A stretch of 64,000 bases of DNA from Fistulifera solaris (lineage: Eukaryota): the NCBI GenBank assembly GCA_030295235.1, contig AP026152.1:744001-808000 (forward strand), read 5' to 3'. Positions within the stretch are counted from its first letter, which is position 1. Every line of letters begins with the position of its first letter. The position numbers were made by a program, and so were the translations under genes. Below, in pieces: positions 12,466 through 24,680 of the stretch. The notes under the pieces were generated by a model. It searched no databases. It was not told the DNA's origin and saw nothing but the letters and a program-made list of their open reading frames with translations.

Positions 12466-15101
12466 TTATACCGCCGGAGAGTCGGTTGTCTCTTCCGTCG
12501 GTATTTCCTCTTCAATCATAGCTGTTACGGGAAACGGCGCCGTTTCGGTCGGTACCGACGATATAGTGGAATCTTGGACTGGGCTGGGGGCCTGAATCAA
12601 ATTGGGCGCTCCTTCGGGTACAATGACAAGGACTGGACTGGGAGCCTGGACCAAAGACGGCGCTCCTTCCGAACCAGAGGAAGGCGGTCTCGCTGGTGCC
12701 AAGGCAGGGGCCGGTTCCGGTGCAACGGGAGACACTGGAGCTGTAACGGGTGTCGACACAGGTGTAGGCGGAACGTAGGTCGGAATAGGTTGCGCAACAG
12801 GCGGTCGTACCGGTGACCATTCCACTTTGGGCAAAGCAGGCTTTAGTTGTGGCGGCAAGAACGGTGCCAAGATTGCTATTTGGGATGGAACCAAATTCAA
12901 GGTAGGTTGTAGTATCGGTTGCTGTAAAATCGTCGGAATAGTAGGAATGGAAGGTGCAAGGGCCGGAGGAGCATTCGATGCATACACAGGAAGCTGCGCT
13001 GGTACCGAGAATGGAGGAATAATGGTTGGCGGATAACGAACTGGCTGCAAAACAGGTATTCGTGTTGGAGCTGGAAATCCGTCTTCAGGCACCGTTATTA
13101 AAATGGGTGATGGTACTGGGGCTAGCGCTGGTGCTTGTACAGGCGCATCGACCGGCGGGTTTACTCCAACAGTGGGAGCTGGCGTCCCTGAAGTGACCGG
13201 AGCGACTACGGGTGCTGCTGTGGAAATCACTTGCGGTGCCGTAGGGACGACCGGAGTAGGAAGCAGTACCGGTGTTACCGGAACCGTCGGTTGCGCTTGC
13301 GGAGAGCTTTGTGGTGCCAGAATCATTTCTGGTGTCGGTGCATTCGGCAGAGTCGGTGTTGTTTGCGGCGTAGGCACCGTTTGTGTGGTAGGCATCGTTG
13401 GCACTGTCTGCGGAGCAGGTACTGTGGGCACAGACTGCGTTGTAGGCGCCGTCGGTATTGTTTGCGGAGAAGGCACTGTTACTACAGTCGGCAGACTCGG
13501 TAGAGTCGGCACCGCTTGCGAAGTCGGCGCCACGGGCAAACTTGGTGCTGTGGGAGTCAATGGGACCGTAGGGACAGTGAACACCGGTGCTGCTAAGGAG
13601 AAAGCACCGGAGTCGCGACCGGTGAAGGTGCCATGGCAGAGGATGGAAACGAGACCGGCAAGGACGGCAAGCTCGGCATCACGCCAGTTGTAGGTGTTTG
13701 TAAAAGACTTGGGGCTGTCACGACCGTTGGTAGCATCGCCGCCACAGGACCAGCTGCTACTGGAGCAGCAGCGGGTGCCACGAGCGAGCAGTCCGGAACG
13801 CAACAACTGCATGCAACCGTTGCGCAATCGACTAGTAGCACGACACCCTCTGCACACAGAGTTTCTGGGATAGTGCCGTACAATTGATTTCCTTCTAAAT
13901 TCAAATACTTCATTTGCTTGAGATGCTTCAATTGCTCCGGAATGGAATCCACTAAATGATTCCTACTCAAATCCAAGACTTCCAGTGGTAGCAAAGCGAC
14001 TTCCGGTGGGATTGTCCCTAGCAACTGATTGTTACTTAGACGCAATGCTGCAACGTTCATGCCATCATTATCACCATTGCCTTCCGGCTGCATCAATCTT
14101 CTTCTCTGAATTTGTGAAGACGGTTTGCAGGTGACACCATGCCACGAGCATACCGACAAGCCGCTGTACCAGTTCGTGTTGTTCGTCCACCGACTTCCTT
14201 GCATACTTTCGTACAGCACCAAGAGAGCGTAGGTAGTGACTAGATCTTCTCCTGGATACAAATTTCTTCGCGAGACCACAGTGCGAAACGCATTGGATTG
14301 CGGAGTACCGGGCCGATCCATACTTTCACCCTGATCGAATGTCAAGGGCCGTAAGTATTCGGCTAACACGCGATTGCGATCTGTCGTAGGGGCAGCCGTC
14401 GGAGCAAAGGTGGGCGAACGAGTCGGACGTTGCGTAGGCAAAGGAGTCGAAGGCGCGATAGTGGGCTGCGGAGAAAATGTCGGAACCGCCAGCAGCTCAT
14501 CTTTATCCGGTTCTATTAATACCAAACGCGTAACGAGAATCGCTGCGAGAATTGCTGCTGCAGCCAAGCAAACAACCATTCCTAAATTGCGCTTCTGATG
14601 CCCCGGTTTCTCGGCTTGAATATGACTTGCTTGCACTGCGTTTTGTAGAATGCGACCCCGAATTTCCGATTCCAAGTCTTCATTCGAAATAGCAATTGCT
14701 GTTGTTGTGTATGATCCTTCGTACGACGGTTGCTCTTGATCATCTTGTTGCGAGCCAGATTGTGAAGGTTCTTCTTCTAGATTATCCTCCGTCTCATTTG
14801 CAGTACTTGTTGAGCCTAAAATTGATACAGCACCAGGAGATTGCAGTAAATAACCCTTCTGTTCATGAATCGAGACGTTTCTCTGTAAAGGAGGAGGCAT
14901 TGCTGCCGCTTTTTCATCTAAACAATCATCCAAAGAGATCCGTTCACTCTGAAAGGATGCCGGAGACGTTGGTGCTGGTACTGGTTCTACGGGCTCTACG
15001 AGACTCGTAGATTCGGTTAATTGCGAAACAACGGAATAAGATCCGCTCACCAAACGTTCCGGTGGTGGTAATTCTTTGCTTCTTGCTCTTTCATTATTCA
15101 T
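12466..15101 (-). CDS. Type II membrane leucine-rich-repeat protein with long Pro/Thr-rich C-terminal tail
   Basis: Disordered N-terminus, one TM (LGMVVCLAAAAILAAILV), LRRNT-like NWYSGLSVCSWHGVTC, plant-type LRRs (LSNNQLLGTIPPEV) and a Cys cap (VDCATVACSCC). The two ORFs are joined by a probable frameshift near 13595. Confidence 0.75.
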
Positions 15102-16109
15102 GCAGTGATTGTGGATTGTTTGTGTGCGAATGACTATTTCTACGTTACAATGGCAACGCCAGGATGAAAAAAATCTTGGCTGCTCCGTTTGTTATCAAGT
15201 GAAAATCGAAAGCAGGACGGCGTTGCGCGCACCTCCGTTTTACACAACACCCAGCCAATAAATACGGCGCGCGTTTCGCTCTTTGTTGGGAGTGGCACTA
15301 TCAAGTACAGGACTGTATCAACTTACCAGTAGATATATAATCTTTAACAAGTATTCGTGTTTCTGCGCAGTTTTACAGTAAAGACTTGAGTGTTCTATTT
15401 CCTTTGGCGTCTCCAGTTCTTCCTCCAAGTTCGTTTGGGCCTTTCGGACTTTTTTTATTTATTCAATAGTGAACTGTACTTGAGAACGGAGAGCTTTTAG
15501 TTGGGGCTATTCTTTATGTGTGTCCAGCTGGCACGGCCATTTTTGGTGTTAAGCCTTAATCGATCTACTCACAAATTCTCCTCCGCTTTTCAACGGAAAG
15601 CTTGCTTAGATAGACCCGGTTCAATCAAAATTTCAAAAAGTACAGCATTGGCTATGCCGGCGTTGTTACTATCATTCGTTAAGTATAGTTATTCCGTACC
15701 TTTTTTGAAACTCGATCATGCTCGATGCTCGAAGTACGATATTACGACAATTACGTTTCAGTCAGTCACGAGTTAAATATTATCATTGCAGAATACTCCG
15801 TAATTTATTTTTAAATGGTAGCTACTTGTCTAGAATTCTAACAAAAAATTTCCGAGACGTTCGAAGAAAGCAGCAGCGTCACAAGCAGATCGTAACAGTA
15901 TTGCTTGTCGGCAATGTTAGAGCGACGTAAGCTTTCTACCAGTATCGAGCGGATAAAACTCCGTGGGTTGGTGTGAGCTACATGCCATTTAACCAAAGTA
16001 AAAGAAGCTTGGACTGCATCATCAGGTTACACAATAGTAACGTCACATCGGTAACACAGCTTTGTTGGGAAAAACATCTCAATTCGTTTCCAAATGTGCT
16101 CCTCTGTGC

Positions 16110-17590
16110 ATTCGAGAAATTCTGGAATCGGATTTTAGAATCATGTTTTCGGTTCCAAAAAAATCTGGAATGGGCGATTGTGTATTGAGTCACAGTCACA
16201 AGGCCATTTTGTGAACGTTCCTGATCTCGACATCATTGTGTTTAAGGTCACTAAGAGATTCTTTGTACGGTTCCAGGTATTCTGGAATTGGTGTTTGGGA
16301 TGAGCAGTAATCTGTGAGCGTTCCAGATAATCTGGAATTGGTTCTTTGGCTCATTCAGGTATTTTGTGTCAATTTCAGAAATTTTGGAGCAGGTGCTTTG
16401 CGTCAAACAAAGATTTTTTTGCAATCTCCAGAAATTCTGGACAAACGTGCTTTACTTTGCCAGACATTCTGTCTATTGTTAAGTGGTGGTCGAGAAATTC
16501 AGGACCAGTAATTTTGCGACGACAAACAGAAGTCCTGTAAAATTTCCAGTAATTATGGAATCGCTGATTAGCGTTTCAAACAGAAATTCTGCGGACGTGG
16601 TCCGGAAATTCTGGACCAAGTGTTTTGCGACAAAACAGCAGTCCTGTAGAAATTCCAGAAAGTCTGGAATATCGCTGATTAGCGTCAAGCAGAAATTCTG
16701 CGGAAGTGGTCCAGAAATTCTGGACCAGTAATTTTGCGACGACAAACAGAAGTCCTGTAAAATCTCCAGCAATTCTGGAATCGCTGATTAGCGTCAAGCA
16801 GAAATTCTGCGTACGTGGTCCGGAAATTCTGGACCAAGCGTTTTGCGACAAAACAGCAGTCCTGTAGAAACTCCAGAAATACTGGAATACCGCTGATTAA
16901 CGTCAAGTAGAAATTTTGCGGACGTGATCCAGAAATTCTGGACCAAGTGTTTTGTGACGACAAACAGAAGTCCTGTAAAATTTCCTGAAATTCTGGAATA
17001 TCGCTGATTAACGTCAAGCAGAGATTTTGCGGACATGGTCCAGAAATTCTGGACCAGGTGTTTTGCGGCGACAAACAGAAGTCATGTTGAATTTCCAGGA
17101 AAATTGGAAACGGCGTTAGAATTTTGCCTCGCCGTAGGCTCTACGTAGAAATTTGTACTGAGAGGCATAATTTTAACGTCCTTTCCTGGAATCATCGCTG
17201 ATTAGCGCTGATGCAGAGATTTTGCGGACGTGGTCCAGAAATTCTGGACCAGGTGTTTTGCGACGACACACAGAAGGCCTGTAGAATTTCCAAAAATTGT
17301 AGAACCGCTGGAGGTTTTGTCGACATTCCGGAAATTCTGGAATTGCAGTCTAAAGCGTCAAGCAGTAATTCTGTGGCATCGTTGATTAGCGTCAAGCAGA
17401 AATTCTGCACACGTGGTCCAGAAATTCTGGACCAGTTGTTTTGCTTTTGCGACGGACAGAAATCCTGTAACGTGCAAGTTTTCCAGAAATTCTGGAAGTT
17501 CTGATTACTTGTAGCGTTTTGGACAACAGACAATCTGTGAGCGTTCTAAATTCTGCCCCTTCCGCAGAATAAACTCTGCAATATCTGTCC
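16110..17590. repeat. Tandem array, ~109-111-bp unit, about 6 well-conserved copies plus degenerate flanks
   Basis: GGTCC(A/G)GAAATTCTGGACCA or close variants recur near 16488, 16599, 16708, 16817, 16926, 17037, 17232 and 17415. Each unit carries three AGAAATTCTG-type palindromes. Confidence 0.9.
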
Positions 17591-18218
17591 ATTGGAAACT
17601 CACCGACTCATTATCAATTCATTCAGCAGAATCCTCATCACAATCACTGGAAAATACTAGTAATAACAATAATCTGTAATTATTATCATCATCAGCCAGC
17701 GACGTAAAGAGCCTCGGCAAATGACTGATGCGGCTGTGATATCAAGAGCGCGAAATGGGCAAACTGATAACGGTCGAAGTCAGCACGTTGTTTTGTTTTA
17801 GATGTCACAAGAAAAGCAACTAAGCTTCTGAAAAAGGATCCGGCGTAAACACAGCAGTAAACGATGGAGACAAGAAAAGGCGGCGTATGCGAGCGATGCC
17901 CGGTTGCCAGATACATCGAAGAAATCCAATTTTTAACTCAAAAAAGTTGCTTTCATGTATGTTTATAGATCTAAAATGAAGGATATACGCGACAAATAAT
18001 ATGCCCCTTAATCTGAGTTTCATCCCACATTGGGATCGCAGAGAGCCGCGAAAGGACTGGCAGCTTACACCTCCTTTTCGGAGCAGAAATGGAAGGAAGT
18101 TGATCGGATACGCCACTGTTAGATGATTGCCCAGCGATGTTATGACCAGCTTCTTTGTTGGAAATCATTGGCGATCAAGCCTCTTCCTGATTGTCACGTG
18201 TAGACGGCTCTATATCAT

Positions 18219-19493
18219 CTACGGGACCGACGGAGCCATGGTTGTGGAGATATTCACGCCCGAACAATCTGGAGAACAGCAACTGCACACCACATGCTCA
18301 CAGTCTACTTGCAATGTTGCGTCATTTGAACATAGTTCGGTCGCCAGGTTCCCCGTTAACCAGTTATTAGAAAGATCCAGCATTGTCAATTGACTTAAAC
18401 GCGATAGCTCCGTCGGAATCGCATCTACCAAAGCATTGTTGTGCAGGTCTAAATTTTCCAGCGGCAACAGTGTTATTTCCCAAGGCAATGTCCCCACAAG
18501 TCGGTTGTTGGCTAAGTTGAGACCCACAATGTGAGAAGCACCGCTCGCATCCGAAGTTGTGTCTTGACAAGAAACTCCATACCACGTGCAGAGCGGTTCA
18601 TCAGAATTCCAGTTGGTATTGTTGTGCCAGCTATTGCCTTGTGTACTTTCGTACAGCACCATCAATCGATACGCTGTCAGCCAATCGTGTTGCGGCAGAC
18701 GCGACAGGGACGCAACCGCTTGCAGTGCCTGATATTGCGGTGTTCCTATTTCGTGTTGCAAAGGATCGTATGCCTCACTCTTTCGAAAGTACTCGAGCAC
18801 TTGACCGTAAAATGGAGTAGTGGGTGCCACTGTAGGATAGGACGGAGAAACACCGGCGAAAGAAGTGGAAGATTCTTCTCTGGACCGTGGCCACAAAACA
18901 ACCGTGAGAACGACGGCCGCAGCCAACAACAGACCCCCTATAATCATTTTGTTCATTCGAGAACAAGGATTGTGCGATACAGAATATTCCGCTTTCACCA
19001 CTTTTGCTTGTACGGCTGTTTTCAAAATACGAAGACGATATTCATCTTCGAGTTCCTTGTCAGAAATAGCAATAGCTGTCGCCATTCCTTCTACTTCAAT
19101 GGTACAATCCGCTTCCATAGCTTCATCATCATCATCGCACGCTATAGTAGAAGGCGTATGCGGTAATTCTCTGATACCACGAACTGCCATGGCACCCGGT
19201 GAACTAGTGAAGGAAGTGGTTGATGTGGCCGTGTGGCGCATCAGAAATGGAGGAGGCACTTTCGACTTTTCATTGTGTTGTTTGACATGCTGACCCTCTG
19301 AAAAAAACTGACGCTTTGGGCTTGTATCGCTTTTACGAGGCTGAAGAATCGAGATTTGAATTTCTGATTCTTCGCAAGCAGTAGAACTCTCGAGATAGAG
19401 AGATTCTTCATCTCCAATCGAAAGCAAGCGATGCGAAGAATCTGGATTCGTTAGTTCAGATATCGCGCTTTCGCCGCTGACAGCTCGCTGCAT
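18219..19493 (-). CDS. Type II membrane LRR protein, tandem paralogue of 12466-15101
   Basis: Intact 424-aa ORF sharing SPGA, TAIAISxxxLExExRxRILxxAVQA, one TM, LYESxQGxxWxNNTNW, LRRs and VDCxxVxCSCCxPDCS with the upstream gene. Confidence 0.8.
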   Translation of the reverse strand: MQRAVSGESAISELTNPDSSHRLLSIGDEESLYLESSTACEESEIQISILQPRKSDTSPKRQFFSEGQHVKQHNEKSKVPPPFLMRHTATSTTSFTSSPGAMAVRGIRELPHTPSTIACDDDDEAMEADCTIEVEGMATAIAISDKELEDEYRLRILKTAVQAKVVKAEYSVSHNPCSRMNKMIIGGLLLAAAVVLTVVLWPRSREESSTSFAGVSPSYPTVAPTTPFYGQVLEYFRKSEAYDPLQHEIGTPQYQALQAVASLSRLPQHDWLTAYRLMVLYESTQGNSWHNNTNWNSDEPLCTWYGVSCQDTTSDASGASHIVGLNLANNRLVGTLPWEITLLPLENLDLHNNALVDAIPTELSRLSQLTMLDLSNNWLTGNLATELCSNDATLQVDCEHVVCSCCSPDCSGVNISTTMAPSVP

Positions 19494-20285
19494 TGGGGAG
19501 ATAGGAGAAGCACTTCTCGTTTCCAGGTAAGTCGTCGTTTGTCATGGTGTGTTCGTTCTCCTCTTTGATGTATTGCACTTGTTCGTTCGAACGCATTTTG
19601 TTGCGACGCATTTTGAATGAAAGGCGGAGGGAGGAAAAGCGGTGCGGAGTGCGGAATAATAATGCGATTGACGAGGAACCTAATGGAAGTACAGTTCGCT
19701 TTATGCACGATTCATGCTTCTGATTTACTACTAACTTTCAAATGACCAAGTATGAGTCGGTGAGCTGGACTGAGAAGCAAAGTGTGGAGAGGTTTCTGTG
19801 TTCAAAAGACTATAGAGCAGCAAGTAGTAAGTATATGATGCACAATGCACAATGCACATTGGAACTTCCTGTCGCAGCGTTATTGTTGCAAGCAATCGCA
19901 AAGCGACAAACGCAAAAACCCAACCCGCATGCACGCAGGAAAACGTTGGATCTTCAAAGCCCCTTTTAACATTCGACAACCATTTTGTGACCATGTCTCT
20001 CCGCTCCCAAACCAATCCTAACACATCAACATGGAAACGCTACTGGTAGCATCTTTGTCAAATTGCGTCGACGCTGTTCCTGGATGTTTGTATTGCAGCG
20101 TTTGCCGGTCCCAAAACCAAAGGTTCGCGTCCGTGTCAACAATGAAGATCAAAAGCTCATTGAACGAAGCATCGCCGCACAATTCTATACGTAACTAAGT
20201 CGAATTGTACTGGCGCTGGGTTTCTGAACAGGGCTAATCTTAGTTTCAAAGGTGACCTCTTTATCAAATTTAGTATGATACCTCG

Positions 20286-20579
20286 TTATCGTGCCATGCT
20301 TATAGATGGGCTCGTCCTTCGTGGGCGTTTGGGAGGCGCCGAAGAGTGTATCCGTGAAACGGGGCTTTCTGGTTGCCATCTTGACACGTTTGCTGGAAAT
20401 AGAACTGCATCCAAAGCAGTGTGATCAAATTCACAAAAGGATACTTCGCTCACATTGTCGGACCAGCTGGGAGTGTTGTTTGTAAAGATTTCCCTGCAAG
20501 GAGATGGTAGCGAGTCGATGTTTGAAATGAGCTGTACGCTTCGTCGTTTGTTTGGAGGGTATTTGGTTTGCATGCACAT
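20286..20579 (-). CDS. Small hypothetical protein
   Basis: 97-aa ATG ORF ending SRW...APPKRPRRTSPS, a low-complexity pattern common in small diatom proteins. No recognisable domain. Confidence 0.3.
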   Translation of the reverse strand: MCMQTKYPPNKRRSVQLISNIDSLPSPCREIFTNNTPSWSDNVSEVSFCEFDHTALDAVLFPANVSRWQPESPVSRIHSSAPPKRPRRTSPSISMAR

Positions 20580-22044
20580 GATTGATCTGGAAGAATAATT
20601 GGTGTTGACGCTGATGGCTGATGTGATTATATTTTATGAAACGAAACCTCTAGTGTGGACATTCGTAAAATGGTGAGCTTTTTATTTCGAAGAACACTTG
20701 ACTTTTCTATCTCCGAACTCCGAAGCGACAAGATAGGCGATGGGCTTATAGGTATGATGATTCGTGAAACGTGAAACGCTTCTACTTCAGCGTTCAAATA
20801 ATGTTAGGAGAAAGTAAGGAGAAAGGAAAGGGAAAAAAGGAAAGAAGAAAAGGGCTAAGGGCTTCGTCAAAGCTAGAGATGTCTTATATTTGATATTTGT
20901 GTAGAAGAGACTGTACCTTCTTTCGGAGAATCAACTTCTCCTTCTCTCGCTAAAAGCTTTTAGCTTTTAGCTGTTTCTATTTCCCCGATGAGGCGATGAG
21001 GAATGCATGGAACATGAAAAGGGTTATAAGTTTAAAGTTTAAACTGAACAGGTAAGTACTATGTATCGTGTTTAGGGTTATTGTTAATTCTTGCGTCAGA
21101 CGGAGGAACGTATCCTTTCAGAACAATTTCTGCTGATCAATGTGATAAAATGACGCCATTTGCAGAACTTCTGACGAAGTTCAATACCGATCGGTCCTGC
21201 CAGTATTTCGTGATATTCGTGATGCTTGCCCTTTTCGTTTTTCTCGATCTCTAAAAACTCTCGGCATTTCAGCAGGAGAAAATCAAGGTCAAAGCGACGC
21301 ATCCTAACAGTTTACATTTGCATTGGTCTCTTGTTTCGCTCGTGAGCTACCATTTTATGTTCGGTGCTCGTAGATAACGCACTAGCTGTTTCAAATTTCC
21401 CATCGAAAACTGAACGAGTAACGCCAGTCGCAACAAAATAAGTTCAATTTAAACGTGTTATGCATAATAAAGCGGGAAAGTCTGAAAACTTTGCAGACTA
21501 TGGCCGCCGTCGAAGTTTGGGAGGCGTAGACGAACGTAGTTTTGACGTGGGGTCTTCTGCATTCCTTTGACAGGCTTTCTGACACGTATTAAATCTGCCA
21601 AGTCCAGTTCCGTCAAGTTTCCGAGACATCCCAAAGGATACTTTGATTACAGTTTCGAATCATTTTAACAAACCATTATTAAAAGTTTCACCAAAAGGCC
21701 TTTTTTTCTCATCCGCTGCAGCTGATTGGTGTTGCAGAGAGATAGCGGAGCTGGAATTCGTCATGCCTTCTCAGATCCATGACTGAACTGCAGTCACTAG
21801 TGCGCTGCGACAAAAACATTCTGGCAAAAAAAACCGTTGCTTTATTATTTTTTTCGCAGCAGGACGATGATGGATCTTTTCGTTCATTGCAAGGATAAAG
21901 CTATATGAGTTTTCTTTCTATGTTGTCGGCTTATTAGAATGCGAAATCTGGAGGAAATGAAACTGTAGGCTGGTCGATGAATGTTGGAAAAATGTTCTTG
22001 AGATATTCTATCTGTATTTATTGAACACGAATGATTGTGACAAG

Positions 22045-23061
22045 ATGAATAGTGAGGAACAAAATGAATGGGTCGGCGAGCAATTGAGAATTGCTGCACA
22101 AGTAAAGGTATTTCCAGATAATCACGCTCCTCAATCTCGCTTCTCGCGCTTATTACTTCCTGACAATGGTGTGACTGATGCTATGAAGAAACAGGCATTT
22201 GTTGGCGGTGTCGATGTGAGTTACTCGCTCACTACGAATGAAGCCATTGCCGTGTATGTCATTCTAGAGGTTCCATCCTTTGAAGTTGTGTTTGTGGACT
22301 CCGAAATGTTCGAGGTGGAGCAAACGTACATTCCATCTTTCTTGGCATTTCGTGAAATCGGGCCATTACGACGTCTGATTGAAAAACAGACAACAAATCA
22401 TCCTCAATGGACACCACTCGTTATTCTTGTTGATGGCAATGGCACTTTTCATAATAGAGGTGCCGGATTGGCGTGTGCGTTGGGTGTTACGACGGGTTTG
22501 CCTACTATTGGCATCGGGAAAACGCTTTATCAAATCGATAATCTTACCAAAGATGTCGTGTGGAGGGGTATCGACAAGAGTCTAAAGGATGCCACGCGAA
22601 ATTTATCTTTGGTGGAAAAAGAAGACGATAATCAAAAGAATGGGGATGATAGTGATTTTTGGATTCGAGATAATGAATGGATCTCGGGCGAACCGAAACA
22701 GCAGGAAGAACCATTCGAAAGCCTTTCACCGACGGAGCGTCGACAAATGGTAGAAAAACTGGTTTCCTTGTCGATGCGCTGCAGCGACTCAACCAAACCT
22801 ACATCTCGGCTGCGCGGTCTCGCCATTCCTTTGCATGTTCCGTCTCGTGGCATTCTGGCGTGTGCTGTGTTGGCACATGGTCAACGACGACAGCCGACGC
22901 AAACACCCATCTTCGTGTCTGTTGGCCATCTAATTTCGCTAGAGCAAGCTACACAGTGGGTAGTTGCAATGTCGGTCTTTTCGCGCATTCCGGAACCAGT
23001 ACGGCAAGCGGATCTACGGGGGCGTGCATTGTTGCGTGTTAAAGAGGGGCTGAAAGCTTAA
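22045..23061 (+). CDS. ENDOV: Endonuclease V (inosine-specific)
   Basis: GGVDVSY, YIPSFLAFRE, LVDGNGxxHxRxAGLAC, IGIGKT, PIFVSVGH and SRIPEPVRQAD are all present in an intact ORF. Confidence 0.93.
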   Translation: MNSEEQNEWVGEQLRIAAQVKVFPDNHAPQSRFSRLLLPDNGVTDAMKKQAFVGGVDVSYSLTTNEAIAVYVILEVPSFEVVFVDSEMFEVEQTYIPSFLAFREIGPLRRLIEKQTTNHPQWTPLVILVDGNGTFHNRGAGLACALGVTTGLPTIGIGKTLYQIDNLTKDVVWRGIDKSLKDATRNLSLVEKEDDNQKNGDDSDFWIRDNEWISGEPKQQEEPFESLSPTERRQMVEKLVSLSMRCSDSTKPTSRLRGLAIPLHVPSRGILACAVLAHGQRRQPTQTPIFVSVGHLISLEQATQWVVAMSVFSRIPEPVRQADLRGRALLRVKEGLKA

Positions 23062-23267
23062 TGTTATAGCAGGTTGGTGATTGATGTTTAGGATCTTCAT
23101 GGTGATGCTTTGAGTCGAAACTGGTTGCTTAAACGCACCGAGCACAAATGTAAAGTACTTTTTGAGATAAGTCATTATTTTAACGGTCCGTACACGATAG
23201 CGAACGAGATTGAGTGAAGATACAATTTTCTGTTTTAATGAACAAGACAAAGCCCAAATCTTCGTTT

Positions 23268-23678
23268 TCAGCTCGCTTGCAGCAGTGATTCTTGTACATA
23301 ATCTGCCAGGGCTTCTAATTTCGCTTTTACCAAGCCCGGTGGTGTGTTTGCTTCGCCCACCACAATCACTAACGAATCCATTTCCGAACATCCCGCAATT
23401 CCGACTAATCCTAATTCCAATTCGATCAGCAAACACTTCATGTGACTTTTCGATCGAGGATTAGCATCAACAGCCGCAAAATCTTCGCCCAGTCGTTGGT
23501 AATCGACACCGATGTCAGCCAATAAAGCCGCAATGGCTTCTGGATCTTCCGTGCGCGTTGTGTTGCTGCAATTCGACGCACCCAGCAAGGCACCGTCGCG
23601 AGTAACCAGAAATGCCGAATGAATTGTGTCATCGCAAATGCGATTCAATAGCGGAGGAATATTACACGAGCGAATCAT
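23268..23678 (-). CDS. Roadblock/LC7 protein, LAMTOR2-like (Ragulator subunit)
   Basis: 136 aa with AFLVTRDGALLGAS, IAALLADIGVDY and GLVKAKLEALADYVQESL, which resemble LAMTOR2. Confidence 0.7.
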   Translation of the reverse strand: MIRSCNIPPLLNRICDDTIHSAFLVTRDGALLGASNCSNTTRTEDPEAIAALLADIGVDYQRLGEDFAAVDANPRSKSHMKCLLIELELGLVGIAGCSEMDSLVIVVGEANTPPGLVKAKLEALADYVQESLLQAS

Positions 23679-23784
23679 TATAATGTGCTTTTGTAGTGTA
23701 GAATGATAATAATATGAAATTCTTTTTCGAAATAAGGAAAGGTCGTCATTCGTTTTGCTTTTAGCATTAACAATGGACGCAGCA

Positions 23785-24680
23785 AAAGATCGTGCCCGTT
23801 CCAGAAATTATGGAAACTAAGTTTCGATCACAACGAAAGAAATCGCGTGTTCCAGAAAATCTGGAATTCATTGTTAGCCATACAGGAATTCTGTGGGACT
23901 GTAAGTGTTGGTCCAGAAATTCAGGACCAGGGTTTTTTTGACCTAACAGAATTGCTGCGCAAGTTCCAGAATATCTGGAGACGATGTATCGGATTCTAAC
24001 GAAAGATCGGCGCGTTCCAGAAATTACGGAAACTAAGTTTCGATCACAACGAAAGAAATCGCGTGTTCCAGAAAATCTGGAATTCATCGTTAGTCATACA
24101 GGAATTCTGTGGGACTGTAAGTGTCGGTCCAGAAATTCTGGACCAGCGTTTTTTGACCTAACAGAATTGCTGCGCAAGTTCTAGAATATCTGGAGACGAT
24201 GTATCGGATTCTAACGAAAGATCGGCGCGTTCCAGAAATTACGGAAACTAAGTTTCGATCACAACGAAAGAAATCGCGTGTTCCAGAAAATCTGGAATTC
24301 ATCGTTAGTCATACAGGAATTCTGTGGGACTGTAAGTGTTGGTCCAGAAATTCTGGACCAGCGTTTTTTGACCTAACAGAATTGCTGCGCAAGTTCTAGA
24401 ATATCTGGAGACGATGTATCGGATTCTAACGAAAGATCGGCGCGTTCCAGAAATTACGGAAACTAAGTTTCGATCACAACGAAAGAAATCGCGTGTTCCA
24501 GAAAATCTGGAATTCATCGTTAGTCATACAGGAATTCTGTGGGACTGTAAGTGTTGGTCCAGAAATTCTGGACCAGCGTTTTTGACCTAACAGAATTGCT
24601 GCGAAAGTTCCAGAATATCTGGAGACGATGTATCGGATCATAACGAAAGATGGGCGCCGCCCAGAAATTGTGGAAACTAG
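23785..24680. repeat. Tandem array, 215-bp unit, about 4 near-identical copies
   Basis: The unit start GTTCCAGAAATTA recurs at about 23798, 24014, 24229, 24444 and (degenerate) 24658. It contains GGTCCAGAAATTCTGGACCA, shared with the 16-17 kb array. Confidence 0.95.

Noticed and set aside
13103..13887. Gly/Val/Thr-rich plus-strand ORFs
   Set aside because: Antisense shadow of the Pro/Thr-rich LRR-protein tail.
16675..16730. Hammerhead ribozyme in the 109-bp satellite (CTGATTAGCGTCAAGCAGAAA)
   Set aside because: The core reads CUGAUUA, lacking G8 of CUGANGA, and stems I and III with a cleavage triplet cannot be formed convincingly.
16314..17592. Overlapping ORFs in array 1, and likewise 23767-24735 in array 2
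   Set aside because: They are translations of tandem repeats on both strands with unit lengths not divisible by three and no protein-like features.
16480..24680. CRISPR array interpretation of the palindromic repeat arrays
   Set aside because: Spacers repeat with the unit rather than being unique, there are no cas genes, and the context is eukaryotic.
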